Assembly (NCBI GenBank): GCA_900617105.1
Contig: UYFQ01000362.1
Coordinates: 1 to 36,088 of the forward strand
Reading direction: 5' to 3'
DNA from: Hydrurus foetidus
Lineage: Eukaryota
DNA length: 36,088 nucleotides
Made by a program: the position numbers and the translations under genes. The stretch's first letter is position 1, and each line of letters starts with the position of its first letter. The notes under the pieces were generated by a model, which saw only the letters and a list, made by a program, of their open reading frames with translations, was not told where the DNA came from and did no database searches. This document shows, in pieces, positions 1 through 11,141 of the stretch.

Positions 1-863
1 TTGCGGCTATTTTGCTTTCTTGTTCATCCGGCATTATCGCCCACACACCGGTGAGTCCTAGTAGATGTTTAACAGCAGCAGGACAATCAATAAGCCTGTG
101 TGTCTGTATCTGCATGATGCAGGACATCCATCTTACTGCGCATCTTACAGCGCATCTAACAGCAGCAATTATGCGAATAAATACCAAATTTAAATGACGG
201 ATCAATCATATTTGACTCAGAAGTAATGCAATTCTTGTAAACAGTGCACTAAAAAAACTGCATGCGAAAGAATCATTCCATTCAAGCAATACAGTTATCG
301 AGGAAACCAAACGCTGTCCATCTCGCAGTAGTAGTCCACTAGTTGATAGATTTAAGATTACCTTCTATCCTTTTCGACTGAATTTCATAGTGAGTCAACG
401 TTTCCATGATTACTTGCTCGAGCAGTCTCAAGTAGAGGTGAATATCCTTACTGAAGTGATTCAGGTCTAATATAGGATACACGACTAGCTGCCCAGGCCC
501 GTGAAATGTCGCTTGACCCGCCCTTTCAACTTTAAAGGTCTCATACTCCAAAAATGTTCCATCGGACTGTTCTTTAGAAAATGGACCAGAACCCTCAGTG
601 GTGGCGGAGCCAAGGGTATATGTTGGATTGTGCTGGCATACTATCACGGTGCCTACGCAGATATCACCGCCAGAATCGATATGGAGCAGACTATCTTGCT
701 GCGTCAAATGATGCTGAAGCAAGTCCAACTGCAGATCCCAAGCAGTCGAGTAAGGGAAATGGCGGTCAATGACATTTATAACTTTCACAAATTTGTGCCG
801 CTGAAAGTCTAGTCCATTTAAAGACAAGAACAGTAGACAAATAACCAGTAGAAACAATTCCAT
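1..863 (-). CDS. lipB: Octanoyltransferase (lipoate-protein ligase B / LIP2), 3' end runs off the window; N-terminal signal-peptide-like leader
   Basis: Exon 863-362 carries LipB motifs QHNPTYTLG, RAGQATFHGPGQLVVYPILDL and YLRLLEQVIMETL. A GT-AG intron at 361-58 joins it in frame to exon 57-<1 (G-LTGVWAIMPDEQESKIAA), which matches the family GxTGVW...KIAAIG motif. ATG at 863 begins a hydrophobic leader. Confidence 0.9.
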
Positions 864-1803
864 TTGACGCTGCGAAGTGATAGATGCGAGTCGGTCTTGT
901 GACAGAGATTCATCTTCATTCTTCATCATCAAGATCTGCCAGCATGAATGAGAGCTCCGGTCCAAGGTCCGCGCCCAACTTCACAGCGGGTTACTCATCG
1001 GAAGGAAAACTGTGCAGCAAAAAGTTCAATACATGAACCTTGACATCGACTCTAATCATAGGAACCTCATATCTCCTAGTTTGCGGCATTTTTAGGTTTG
1101 TTTTTAATCGATTCACTTATGCTATCTTACATGTAGGAAAGGCCATTTAGAAAACTGAGTGGTTATAGGAGAGACAGTCTACGGCGGATTTTGATGGACT
1201 GTCCTGTATATCATTCTGTGCAAAGTACGGGACTAGCAGTGCCTTTCCATTCTAAATGCAGATATTCATTCTCTCTCACAGACAGATAGACAGTTAGTCC
1301 GCCCTTCCAGCCTACAGTTCATTTGCTGCACTGTACTACTTCGTTAAATTGCGGAGTGCTTTCAGTGGGTGGTCGAAGATATTCCTATATTCTTGATCTT
1401 TTTTTCCATACATCTCACAGTGTGCGGTGAGGTGTTATTACATTTGTGCATTATTTACATACAAACATACACGATGTTATCATCTTATCTTCACGGCTAG
1501 AGGGTGCCATTGTCGTATATATTGGTCTGTACTGACCCAAGGTAATGTCAACTTAAATGGAATGACGAAGTAACACGCTGTAGTCGCATTTATCTGTATG
1601 CGATATAGTGCTAGAAATCGAACGTTATCATTTTGCAGACTGTAGCCGACATATCAGCTGAGAACTGATGCAATTACTAGTACAGTAAAGAGCAGTACGG
1701 TACAGTTGTTATTACTATTGCCCACACAATGTATTGGATTGCGGTGTAGACTACTTCAATAGCATTGCTACAGATGCTTCAGTTTAATTTAATTCAATTC
1801 ATT

Positions 1804-4295
1804 TCAGGTAACTTTCTTCCCTGGACCTTTTCCTCTTCCGTTCCCTTTATTTTTTTCTCCACTATTCTGTGCTTCTACATCACCATTGTTCTTTTTCTTC
1901 TTAGCATCCTTTTCGTTCTTCACTGCTCTTTCAGCCATACTAAAAGAAATGTAGATCGGAAATACATCTTAGATAGGAGGATGCAGCGAAATATTTTTCG
2001 GAAGATAAATTATAGACAGTCCGGTCACATTAAATGAAGTAATGATCACTGCAACAAAAACAATCATAATCATTACAACTTTTACTAGGAGATCACAACA
2101 AATATTTTAATTGTAGAAAGAGAGGTGCGAAAAGGAATAATAATAAATATATGCCCATGCAACTCACTCAAAGTGATAGAGTTTCTACAACACTCAAACG
2201 AGACACACACACACGCACGTACGTACGCACCTGGATCTGAGAGAGCGATAAACATCCCCAGCTCTGCTCAAGCTGTTGCCCAAGGAATCGTTCTCGATGA
2301 CTTGCACCGCACCAGACTCCTTCGAACTGACGTTAGAGGACTTCTGATTCTCTTTGTTCCTCCCTGATTTACCCGCTATATTAGACCTATTATTACCATC
2401 ATTTCTACCATTGCTTTTCGTAGAAGACAGGCTTTTATTACTGCTGTACTTCATCGTATTTGATGCACTTTCCTCGCAATCTTGGAATTCTCCATCTCCA
2501 TCTCCATCTCCATCATCATCGTTATCATCGTCTGTCACGTGTGCGTAGTAGTCATCTTGAACATCCTTACACGTCCCAGATTTCGAAGTTTCTTTCTCCA
2601 CATACCCCCCTACTTCTTCCTCTTCCTCTTCTTCGATGGCTTCTATGATTCGTCTGTAGATATCGGGAGCGGAGTGAGTGGAGATTGTCATGCGATGATA
2701 CAGTGATGCTGTACACTGACGAGCGGAGTATTACTGATCAAGTTTTAGGGCATGGTAGGTAAGGCTTCGCTTGAGATGGAGTGTAAGTGTTGGTGCTAGT
2801 GCTGACGACTGCTGCCCATGATCTGATCTAGTATAATTCGGTCTGACAGCTAAGGAGAGCAAAAGCGCATAGCGCAGTGCACAGTGTGAGGCAAACCTCT
2901 GGACGAAACAATACGACTGACTTGACACACGTACACATGCAAGCACATAGATATGTCTCAAAGGGCAGAGAAATAAATGCAAACACACGCACGCTACATT
3001 ATATGTATTATACTGCAGCGCATTGTATCCCATTGAGCAGAGTGTATCAATTCTAAATCATACTTCTGTCAAGAAAAGATATAAAGATAGACAGGCAGAC
3101 TGAATGCCAGACAAACAAACAAACTGACAGTACTACGCAGGGAAATGCAGACAGACAGTTAAAGACAAAGAGTCGGAGACACAGACAGCAAAACAGACAA
3201 CAAATCAATGCGCAGATAGACAGACTGATAAGAATATACATTGTGCCTCGCTCTAACCTTCCAGCCATATCGAATGACATTTTGAATCTTCTGTTCGTAG
3301 GCTTTCTCGCATCTCTTCTTCTTTGTTCGTTCTCATCCATCGTCTTCTTCTCTTCCTCTGACAACCACGTGCCAGTCTCGTAGTAGTCAGCCTGTCAAGA
3401 GTGGGAAATCAGGAATCTAGATGTGGATAGATAGATTGGATTCGTTGCAAGGGTGAAAAGACTGTTTGCTTTGTTTTCTGTGTGGCTTACAAGTGACCCC
3501 TAGTCAGGAAGAGGTATCCACATAAATTGACAGAATAAAGGAAGTAATGTTACCTGTGCATCATGTACGTGTGTTCTTTTCGCGTGTTCTCTGTCAAATA
3601 GTAACAACTTATCCTACAGTACGAGGAAAAATAACGACAGCGGAGATCAGTTTTTAATCAGAAAATTAAATCAAACAGTGAAGTTTATTACGTAAATGAG
3701 AAGAATGTGGATTTTTGTTGATTGCATTTGTGATAAGACAAAGAAATAATTCTGAGAAACTGTGAGAACAGACAGGGATACAGGGGATGGAAAATAAGAG
3801 GGTATAGAGGATATCACTGATAAAGAGATATGCACGTCAGTACCATCAAAGTTGTCATTACTGACCTTCTGCTTATACGCTGTAACAGTCTTTGCATCCA
3901 GTGTAGATCCTTGATTGCTAAGATCGCTACAACTCATAGGAGCGCAAACTGGTTGCCCACACGTAAAACAGTTACATAAAATAGTGCCGCTTTGAATGTT
4001 CAGTTTCACAGCAACTTCCTCTACTTTTTTCTTCAATTTCATATTCGGAGGAATCTGCTCCTCTACTTTCTCTATTTCTGCTTCCGTTCCTTCACCGTCA
4101 TTCTTATATTCCATCTCACATGTCACTCTCCCACAGGACAGGCAGCTACCTGAATCAAGAATTTAGTATACGCGCGAGACAGAAGTATGAAATTGTTGAT
4201 CATTAAGAAACCCATAATGGTATCCCAAAGCGTGTACCTACTAATTTGTGTCTTGTACCCATGCAACCACATATCTTTCCAGGGTTTAAGTTCAG
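1804..4295 (-). CDS. TRIP4: TRIP4/ASC-1/Rqt4-like C2HC5 zinc-finger protein (5' exons unresolved, probably reaching ~4770)
   Basis: Hand-spliced exons 4295-4238, 4149-3866, 3613-3554, 3391-3258, 2653-2231 and 1939-1804, all GT-AG and in frame. They give CGCMGTRHKLVGSCLSCGRVTCE...CFTCG (zf-C2HC5 pattern), AYKQKDKLLLFDREHAKRTHVHDAQADYY..WLSEEEK and SFDMAGRRII, which match my recollection of conserved TRIP4 blocks. Confidence 0.85.
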
Positions 4296-4949
4296 CTGGG
4301 GAGATAGGTGAAGACAAATGGTGAGGCGAAAGCGTTGAGGATAAATTTCGAGAGGATAGCACCACGCGCGCACTGATAACTCTCTAGTATCGCCACTTCA
4401 GGAGAACATCTGCTGAGCCATAAATTGCCGATATTGCACTGCTTCTGATGGGAGTGTAGATTAACTAACCTTTAAGTCAGTTATGGCTTCTTTCTGGGTA
4501 GAATACTCAGCAGCCAGGTGGGGATTTGATGAATGATTATTCTTCATTACAATAGATGTAGTAATCTTAACAGGATGGTGCAAAGCGGTGAGCTCCCAAG
4601 TCGAAAAGCGTCACTTATTAGACATGTATGCAGCGAGCAGCTGAGAAGCTTGCGACTCTCCCAATGAGAGTTTTTTGTCAGCAAACCAAAAATGCACTGG
4701 CAGACTCTTGACTGCAAAATGAGCGACTGATTCTATCGCACCGTCAACTCCTCTTCTGTTTTCTGACTATTGCAGGAGCCGATAGGGAGCTTCAATTTAG
4801 TCTCGTTCCTGCGCGTTGCGCATGGGAGTGACGGAGTTTCAGCAGGAATTCCGAAATGGGACGTATCCACCTAATTTACTGCTATAGCACCTAAATAGTT
4901 GGATTTTCGAAGAAATTTGCTCCCCCGCAGGGAACCCCCATAATACGTA

Positions 4950-5401
4950 CCGTCGAGTGCCCTTTCTTTTATTTCCGTGTTCGGAAAATATCAACTTTTA
5001 CTGCTTTTTTGGATGTTTTTTGGCTATATTATGCACTTTTACGAATCCAATCGTGTCGCTCGAAAGCTCTGATTAATGCGCTAGCTTATCTGCGCATTCT
5101 GCTCAATTTACATTTTGCTATCGATAAGTTGGAAAATAGTTATAAGTGGCTGATTTTTCAACCTTCGCCACTTTGGATAGCTGCACTTCATCGATTTTCT
5201 TCCGAAAACAATACTTAGAGATCTCTGTCTGCTTAAAAAATCATGCTGAATCCGAAAATCATATTTTGCGGTCTTGAATCGCAATATTGATGAAGATAGA
5301 TGGAAATCCGGACATTTTCCAAAAAAGGTAAATCCGTGATTCTCAGTGAAAAATGGGTTCCTTATGTCCACCTAAAAAATAAAACATAGGGCACTCGACG
5401 G
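4950..5401. mobile_element. MITE E1 (452 bp), CCGTCGAGTGCC-ended, TA-flanked
   Basis: 25-bp TIR with 2 mismatches (left CCGTCGAGTGCCCTTTCTTTTATTT; right reverse-complement CCGTCGAGTGCCCTATGTTTTATTT). TA at 4948-4949 and 5402-5403. No credible ORF. Confidence 0.9.
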
Positions 5402-5403
5402 TA

Positions 5404-5810
5404 GAGTGGGGGACCTATTTAAGCGCACCTCTCCAGGATTAGTTCCAGCATACGGAGTTTGTAGTGCACTTTACTTCTGAGGTTGTTTTTGAACTCGCCC
5501 TGGTCTGAAGAAAATTCTAAGCTATCTAAAAGTTCCATTTGACAACCGGAAAGGTCCTAAACTTAGGGGGTCTAAACCACCAATATAAAACGGTGCTTAA
5601 TTAAGATCAGTGTACGGTTTTTAGTTCATTTCGGTAAAATAATTCCCGTCCGCAGGCTCATTATACCGTATTTGGCCGTATTTTATGCAGATACGGCGTA
5701 ATTAAGCCGTTTCCGGTACGTTTTCAGGACGGTTTTAGGTCCATTTCCGTTAAAAATTTGGAAAAAATTGGGGCTTAATTCGAATTTAAGAAACAATAGG
5801 TCCCCCACTC
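5404..5810. mobile_element. MITE E2 (407 bp), unrelated GAG...CTC-ended family, TA-flanked
   Basis: Perfect 16-bp TIR GAGTGGGGGACCTATT / AATAGGTCCCCCACTC. TA at 5402-5403 (shared with E1) and 5811-5812. Confidence 0.85.
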
Positions 5811-5978
5811 TACTAAATATCAAATATATCAAATATGTACCGTCGAGTGCCTATTCATTTGCCATTTTGAAGTGAGAATAGGATTTTGACAACGGTCAGA
5901 ATCACGGAAATTTTGACACGATAATTGCTAACGGGAACTGCTAACTCCTCGGAAATAGAATTTCACACAAATGTGATA

Positions 5979-6431
5979 CCGTCGAGTGCCTATTCTTTTG
6001 CCATTTTCGATTTCCGGTTTTCGGAATTTCGGGGATTTTTGGCTGTTTTCCAGCAATTTCGCGACAACTGGAGAAGTGGGGACCCCGATGAGATGTGTCA
6101 GGTGTTGCCTGAAGTTGTCCGCATCTTTTGATATATGATGGTCATACACGTACGAGGAGCAGATCGGCTGCAAATCGCAATCCAAAATGAACTTTCGGTC
6201 CCTTGCGATCGAAATTTCTCGATTTTGGGGAGCGCAGATTGAAAAGTGAATAGGCAGTGTAACTAAAATAACTATGCTCTTTCCGAATCCATAATCACAT
6301 TTGTGTGAAATTCTATGTTTGAGGAGTTAGCAATTCCCGTTAGCAATTATCGTGTCAAAATTTCCGTGATTCTGACCGTTGTCAAAATCCTATTCTCACT
6401 TCAAAATGGCAAAAGAATAGGCACTCGACGG
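5979..6431 (-). mobile_element. MITE Y (453 bp), same family as X, inserted inverted into X
   Basis: Perfect 29-bp TIR; TA at 5977-5978 and 6432-6433. About 21 mismatches to reconstituted X by hand count (~95% identity). Confidence 0.92.
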
Positions 6432-6611
6432 TAGTGGATTCGGAAAGAGCATAGTTATTTTAGTAACATTGCCTATTCAGTTTTCAATCTGCGCTCCCCA
6501 AAATCGAGAAATTTCAATCGCAAGGGACCGAAAGTTCATTTTGGATCGCGATTTGCAGCCGATCTGCTCCTCGTACGTGTATGACCATCATATATCAAAA
6601 GATGTGTACTA

Positions 6612-6973
6612 CCGTCGAGTGCCCTTTGTTTGTCCTCAAATGTGGTATTAGGATTTATCGGAAATACACTTAAAATCACGGAAAACTTTCTTCCCGTTTT
6701 CATGTGGGAAATTTTGACCTCTGTCAAAATCACTGTTTTCGCTCCAAAATGGACGATTTTGAACTTGAATAGCTGCTGAGCCAAAGATCAGTTACAAGAT
6801 CTATCAAGATCATAATGTCTCACATATCCCAAAGTTGACGATTCTCGAAGAAAGTTGAGTTGCGCTTCACTGCTACTCTTGAAACGTGCAAAAATGATCA
6901 TATTTTGGCTGATATCGAAGAAAATAAAAAACCGTAATACCACATTTGAGGACAAACAAAGGGCACTCGACGG
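6612..6973. mobile_element. MITE C (362 bp), third CCGTCGAGTGCC-ended family, nested in X
   Basis: Perfect 39-bp TIR CCGTCGAGTGCCCTTTGTTTGTCCTCAAATGTGGTATTA; TA at 6610-6611 and 6974-6975. Removing C plus one TA restores colinearity of X with Y. Confidence 0.92.
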
Positions 6974-7277
6974 TACTTCAGGCAACACCTGACACATCTC
7001 ATCGGGGTCCCCACTACTCTAGTTGTCGCGAAAATGTTGGGAAACAGCCAAAAATCCCCAAAATTCCGAAAACCGGAAATCGAAAATGGCAAAAGAATAG
7101 GCACTCGACGGTATGGAGAAGGTTGCCTGCAGTTGTTGACTTCCACAGTTCTAGGAGTACTTCAATCAGCACTAGCTCCACCGAATTCAGCAGGAATCTT
7201 TTCCATCTCTCAGAGCGTCCCTCACTGCAGGTGCAGCTTCTTCCTCGTGTCGAAAGCGTGAACAATCAGCAACGAAA

Positions 7278-9538
7278 ATGAGTCCATCTTCAGTATTTGT
7301 GTCTGGTTTGAATTTTGAGAAAATCCGTCAAGTGATGTACGCTTTAAGAGATGACATCGAATTGGGTCAAGTGTACTACTCGACAGTGTATCTTGTCGAA
7401 GAATTCTATACTTTGATAGCAACGGAAATGAGATCTGTAAGGAGAGACATCTCTTACTGGGAAGTTTTGGCGGAGTCAAGTCATTGGGAGATCTACTTGA
7501 CTCAGCTTCATAACAAAATCTACAGGCGATTGTTCGCTCATGGCAAAGGATCTCTCCTAACGAGGGTCTCTAGGTCTTTTTCTTTGTCAATAAATGGATT
7601 GAAACGAATAATTGGACCTCCAACTGCTCAGGTGTGTAGAGCAATGGACTGCTTGTGCTCCTCAAAGCACAGTATCGCAAATGGACTCTGAAGAATCACC
7701 TGATGCCAATCGTTCTGATTTCCTTGTCCATTTTATATCACAGGATTCGCAAGCTCGCCAGATATCTCAAGATGAAGATGACATCGATCGTCATCTTGCC
7801 ATGCTTCATGCAGATTTTAACTGCCTGGCCTGTCTTCTCGCACTGGTTGAGGACTCTGCAGCGCATCTTAAATTGATTCATAGTCGCGTTAATGATGCGC
7901 ATGTTCCGACCTTCTCACCGAATCATAATTTCGCGAGCATGCAAACGAATATTCCGCAAAGTAATACAATCGGAACGATCAACTTGGATGATCACTTCGA
8001 CAGTGCAGCTGACGCCAATTCAGAGACTATAGTGAATCCCAGCCTCGATGATATTACTACAGAACAACAGAAGGAAGGCAAGGTTGATAATGATCAGTTA
8101 TCAGTACATCAGAACACCAGGGAGGCACTCATAAACTGTCTGAACCATATTTCAAAAAGTTTCGAGTTGTTCCTGAAACATATCAATACAAATCCTAAGC
8201 TGAAGAAAATTCACCTGGATCAATTCAGTGAATCAGAAGCAGCAGCAGAGAGTGAAGACAGGAGTGACGCACTTCTACTTGCGAAGGAACAGCTATCAGT
8301 TCTGTCCGTCTCGACTGTATTATCTTCCGTTTCTTTGCCTGTTTCAGAACTGACTAGCGCGTATTCAAAAGCTGAAAATCAGATTTTTAAAATTGTGAAG
8401 TCGCAAAATAATTGCAAGGTCGGTTTGACTTCCGTTTCAGTTCATCACATCTTGTTTCGATTATTCCCTACTTAAATCTCTTGCCATCTCATATCAGAAC
8501 TCTACTACTATCGTATTGTGCATTTTCACAGTTTTATCCTATCGGACTTACGGATTTGAGAGCAAGGCGACCATCGAAGCAAGAGAGACACTGGGTACTG
8601 AATACAGTATTGACAGGAGGTCTTTGTTATATCGGATATGTCACAGCGAAACATCTTCAAGACGGATCACTACAGAGGAAATACACATCAATAAGAGATT
8701 ATGTCGGAGCACTTACAACAGAACATATAATCGAACCAATAACAAAACTTGGGGAAGAGTTTTTCGATAAATTGCACAGAAGAGAGGGAATTGTGAGTAG
8801 AGAGGATTTAGTGCAAAGCAGAGAAGCTTTGACCAGAATGTTGGAAGACTTCTCAAAACACGGTCAGCGCAGCTATGACATACGGCAAATGATGAGAGGT
8901 GCAGCTTTCATGCCATCTGGTTTCAATGATTCTGACTCTAGTACCAGTCATGATAACTCAGCCGTAAATACGGTAAAAACTACCGGAAATCCAGTTGGAA
9001 ACAGTTCGCATGATGTCAGCTGTCAGAACATTGCCTTGGCCAATGAGACTGCAGCAATGGAATCTCTGATGCGTACGTACGAGAAACAATTGCAGAGTCC
9101 TATTTACGGGATGCTCTACGGGAATCTTATGACTGCCATGCTCATTCAAATGCAGAAGCTGAAAGGTATTATACTCGCGCGTACTTGTTCTCTTTTGACG
9201 GAAGTGTCTGCCATTTGTGCGGGTGTTGCAGATTGTCTAGCAATACAATCTAAACGTCCTCTTTTTGTTCCTATCCGATGTTAGTGTCTTTTTTGGCAAA
9301 TTAATTTCACCGCTCATTGCGCTTCTTTTTTGCGAAATCGTCTTTCCACCTTTCATTCTATTCCTGACTACTGACTTTATATCTATCTTTTCCTCGTATT
9401 CAATTTCATGTTTCCTATAATTTCAGTGCACACGGAGGCGGCTATGTTGACCATGGATCAGATTCTAGCTTCCAACGAACTCACCATGGCAGCCACAGCA
9501 GCCATGCCCGCTATGGTACGTACGTGTGTCATGAGCAC

Positions 9539-9569
<31 letters not shown>

Positions 9570-11141
9570 TGTGTGTGATAGTCATTTTCATGCTGTTAAG
9601 AGTTAGCATGGTGAAATTAAATTTACTTTTAGTTGGTGCAGTACTTCTGACATTTCATGAACAATTAATTCAGTAGTAAGTAAATAGAGGACTGATAACA
9701 ATTGTATCCTATGCCGTTGTAGGTTGTGATAGCAGGGGTAACCGTAATGATCCGCCAAGCCTTACGGCCAAGAGCGTCATCACCCGGCCAATCTACCTTG
9801 ACCCTTCGTCTAGCAATGTCAGAAGTTGAAAAGAGCTTGCAAGAAGTTTACAGCGTTCCAACTTCAACTTCAACTTCAAATGGGAGCCATAACCCTAGTG
9901 CTGAAGCTTTGAACGGTAGAGAGAGAGTAGAATCGCACTCACCCTTTCCCCGCTCACCTTCATTTCACTTCCCACCTTCAAAATCGACACGAAAAAGTAA
10001 AAAAGATAAACATGCAAGTAAGAATAAAGAAGAGAGAGAAAGAGAGAGGGAGAAACGTAGATTAAAGAAGATAGAGAGGAATGGACAGGAGGATAGAGGA
10101 TGGGAAAACAGTGCAGGCGGCTATGAGAATCAATCTAGTCTGCTGCACCTTGGTTTGCCCCCTCTTGATGATTCTGACTGCGAGAATTCAGTGGTGCTGT
10201 GTGACGACAGTGGAGATGAAGGTATGTATGCAAAGTACTGTGTGATATTGAAGAGGACTCATTTCAATTTGAATATCTCATTTGCACTTGTTATACTATT
10301 CCTGTTCTCGAGTACTGCCCCTACGTCATTCTCACCATTTATTCGTAACATGCTTTCGAGCGACTGCATTATCACAACTGAGAAAAATATGCACCACAAG
10401 AAACTCCCAATTTGCTGCACTTCTTTTGTCACGTGCACTTAGTACTTACAAATTAACGCATTTCCGTGATGTCAAATTCATGAAGCCGGAGTATTTCTCG
10501 ATGCACATTTATTTGACATGTCGTGTTAACTAGACTGTTACATCGCTGAACTCTTCTTCACTAAATTGCCGTATTGATATTGCGAGTACTATTCTGAAGT
10601 GGCTTTACTCCTCGTAATCTCTCTTCCGGTTCATGCTTTTTAAGAGTTGCGACAAATGAGTAAGAACGCTGCAGAGGGAAAACGTCTCGTGTCGAAGGGG
10701 GTGCTGTCATTCAATCTGCACAGACTGCGAGATGCGCTGGGTGCGCTTTTCGTCACTTCCTATTGGCAGGAACATTCGGTATACAACAAAAACAAGAAAT
10801 GGGCGATGCTGGTGAACAGAGATAGAGAGTACAGAACGACTGGGCGACTGAAAAGAATATTGTTCTCGTCTGACAGTATAAAGACAGACTGTCTGCCATA
10901 TAATAAACTACACACCTTTTCAAAATCTATCTTTTCATCATATTTCACTATGTTTTACTCTTTTCTATCTTCTGTTTTCTTTCACATCGACCCCTCCGCT
11001 GCTATCGAATATCGAGCAGTTATTTGTGATCTACTGCTTTTGAGCTCACCAGATTTTGAAATATCTGGAGTACGAAAAATCGCCACTGCTGTACGCATGC
11101 GAAATACATATCGTTGCTTAATTCCTCCCAAGGTCTATTAG
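7278..11141 (+). CDS. NCA2: NCA2 / DGS1 family (nuclear control of ATPase 2-like) protein
   Basis: Exons approx. 7278-7573 (junction uncertain), 7632-8418, 8532-9165, 9427-9515, 9723-10221 and 10645-11141. The spliced text YEKQLQSPIYGMLYGNLMTAMLIQMQKLKVHTEAAMLTMDQILASNELTMAATAAMPA matches the NCA2 family signature (IQxQKxK...AM..lDQiL..NEl.f...A..Pa). The start and first intron are uncertain. Confidence 0.8.
9539..9577. repeat. (GT)n microsatellite in an NCA2-like intron
   Basis: Direct reading; one interruption. Confidence 0.95.

Larger units (their letters stand above)
5840..7111 (+). mobile_element. MITE X (453 bp after removing inserts), host of two nested MITEs
   Basis: 29-bp TIR CCGTCGAGTGCCTATTCWTTTGCCATTTT with 1 mismatch; TA at 5838-5839 and 7112-7113. 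Pieces 5840-5978, 6434-6611 and 6976-7111 sum to 453 bp and align without gaps to the reverse complement of element Y. Confidence 0.9.

Noticed and set aside
2731..2842. Possible alternative terminal exon of the TRIP4-like gene (in-frame acceptor at 2844-2843)
   Set aside because: The acceptor at 2655-2654 gives the conserved AGRRII continuation; nothing else supports this one.
4948..7113. CRISPR array or integron attC-like cassette array suggested by eight copies of CCGTCGAGTGCC
   Set aside because: Copies occur in both orientations as TA-flanked inverted pairs with irregular 140-450 bp spacing; no cas or integrase gene; eukaryotic context. Nested MITEs explain every copy.
5009..7281. Short ORFs inside the MITE stack as a possible transposase
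   Set aside because: All are 111 aa or shorter, several are duplicated by the repeats, and none shows DDE/HTH-like motifs.
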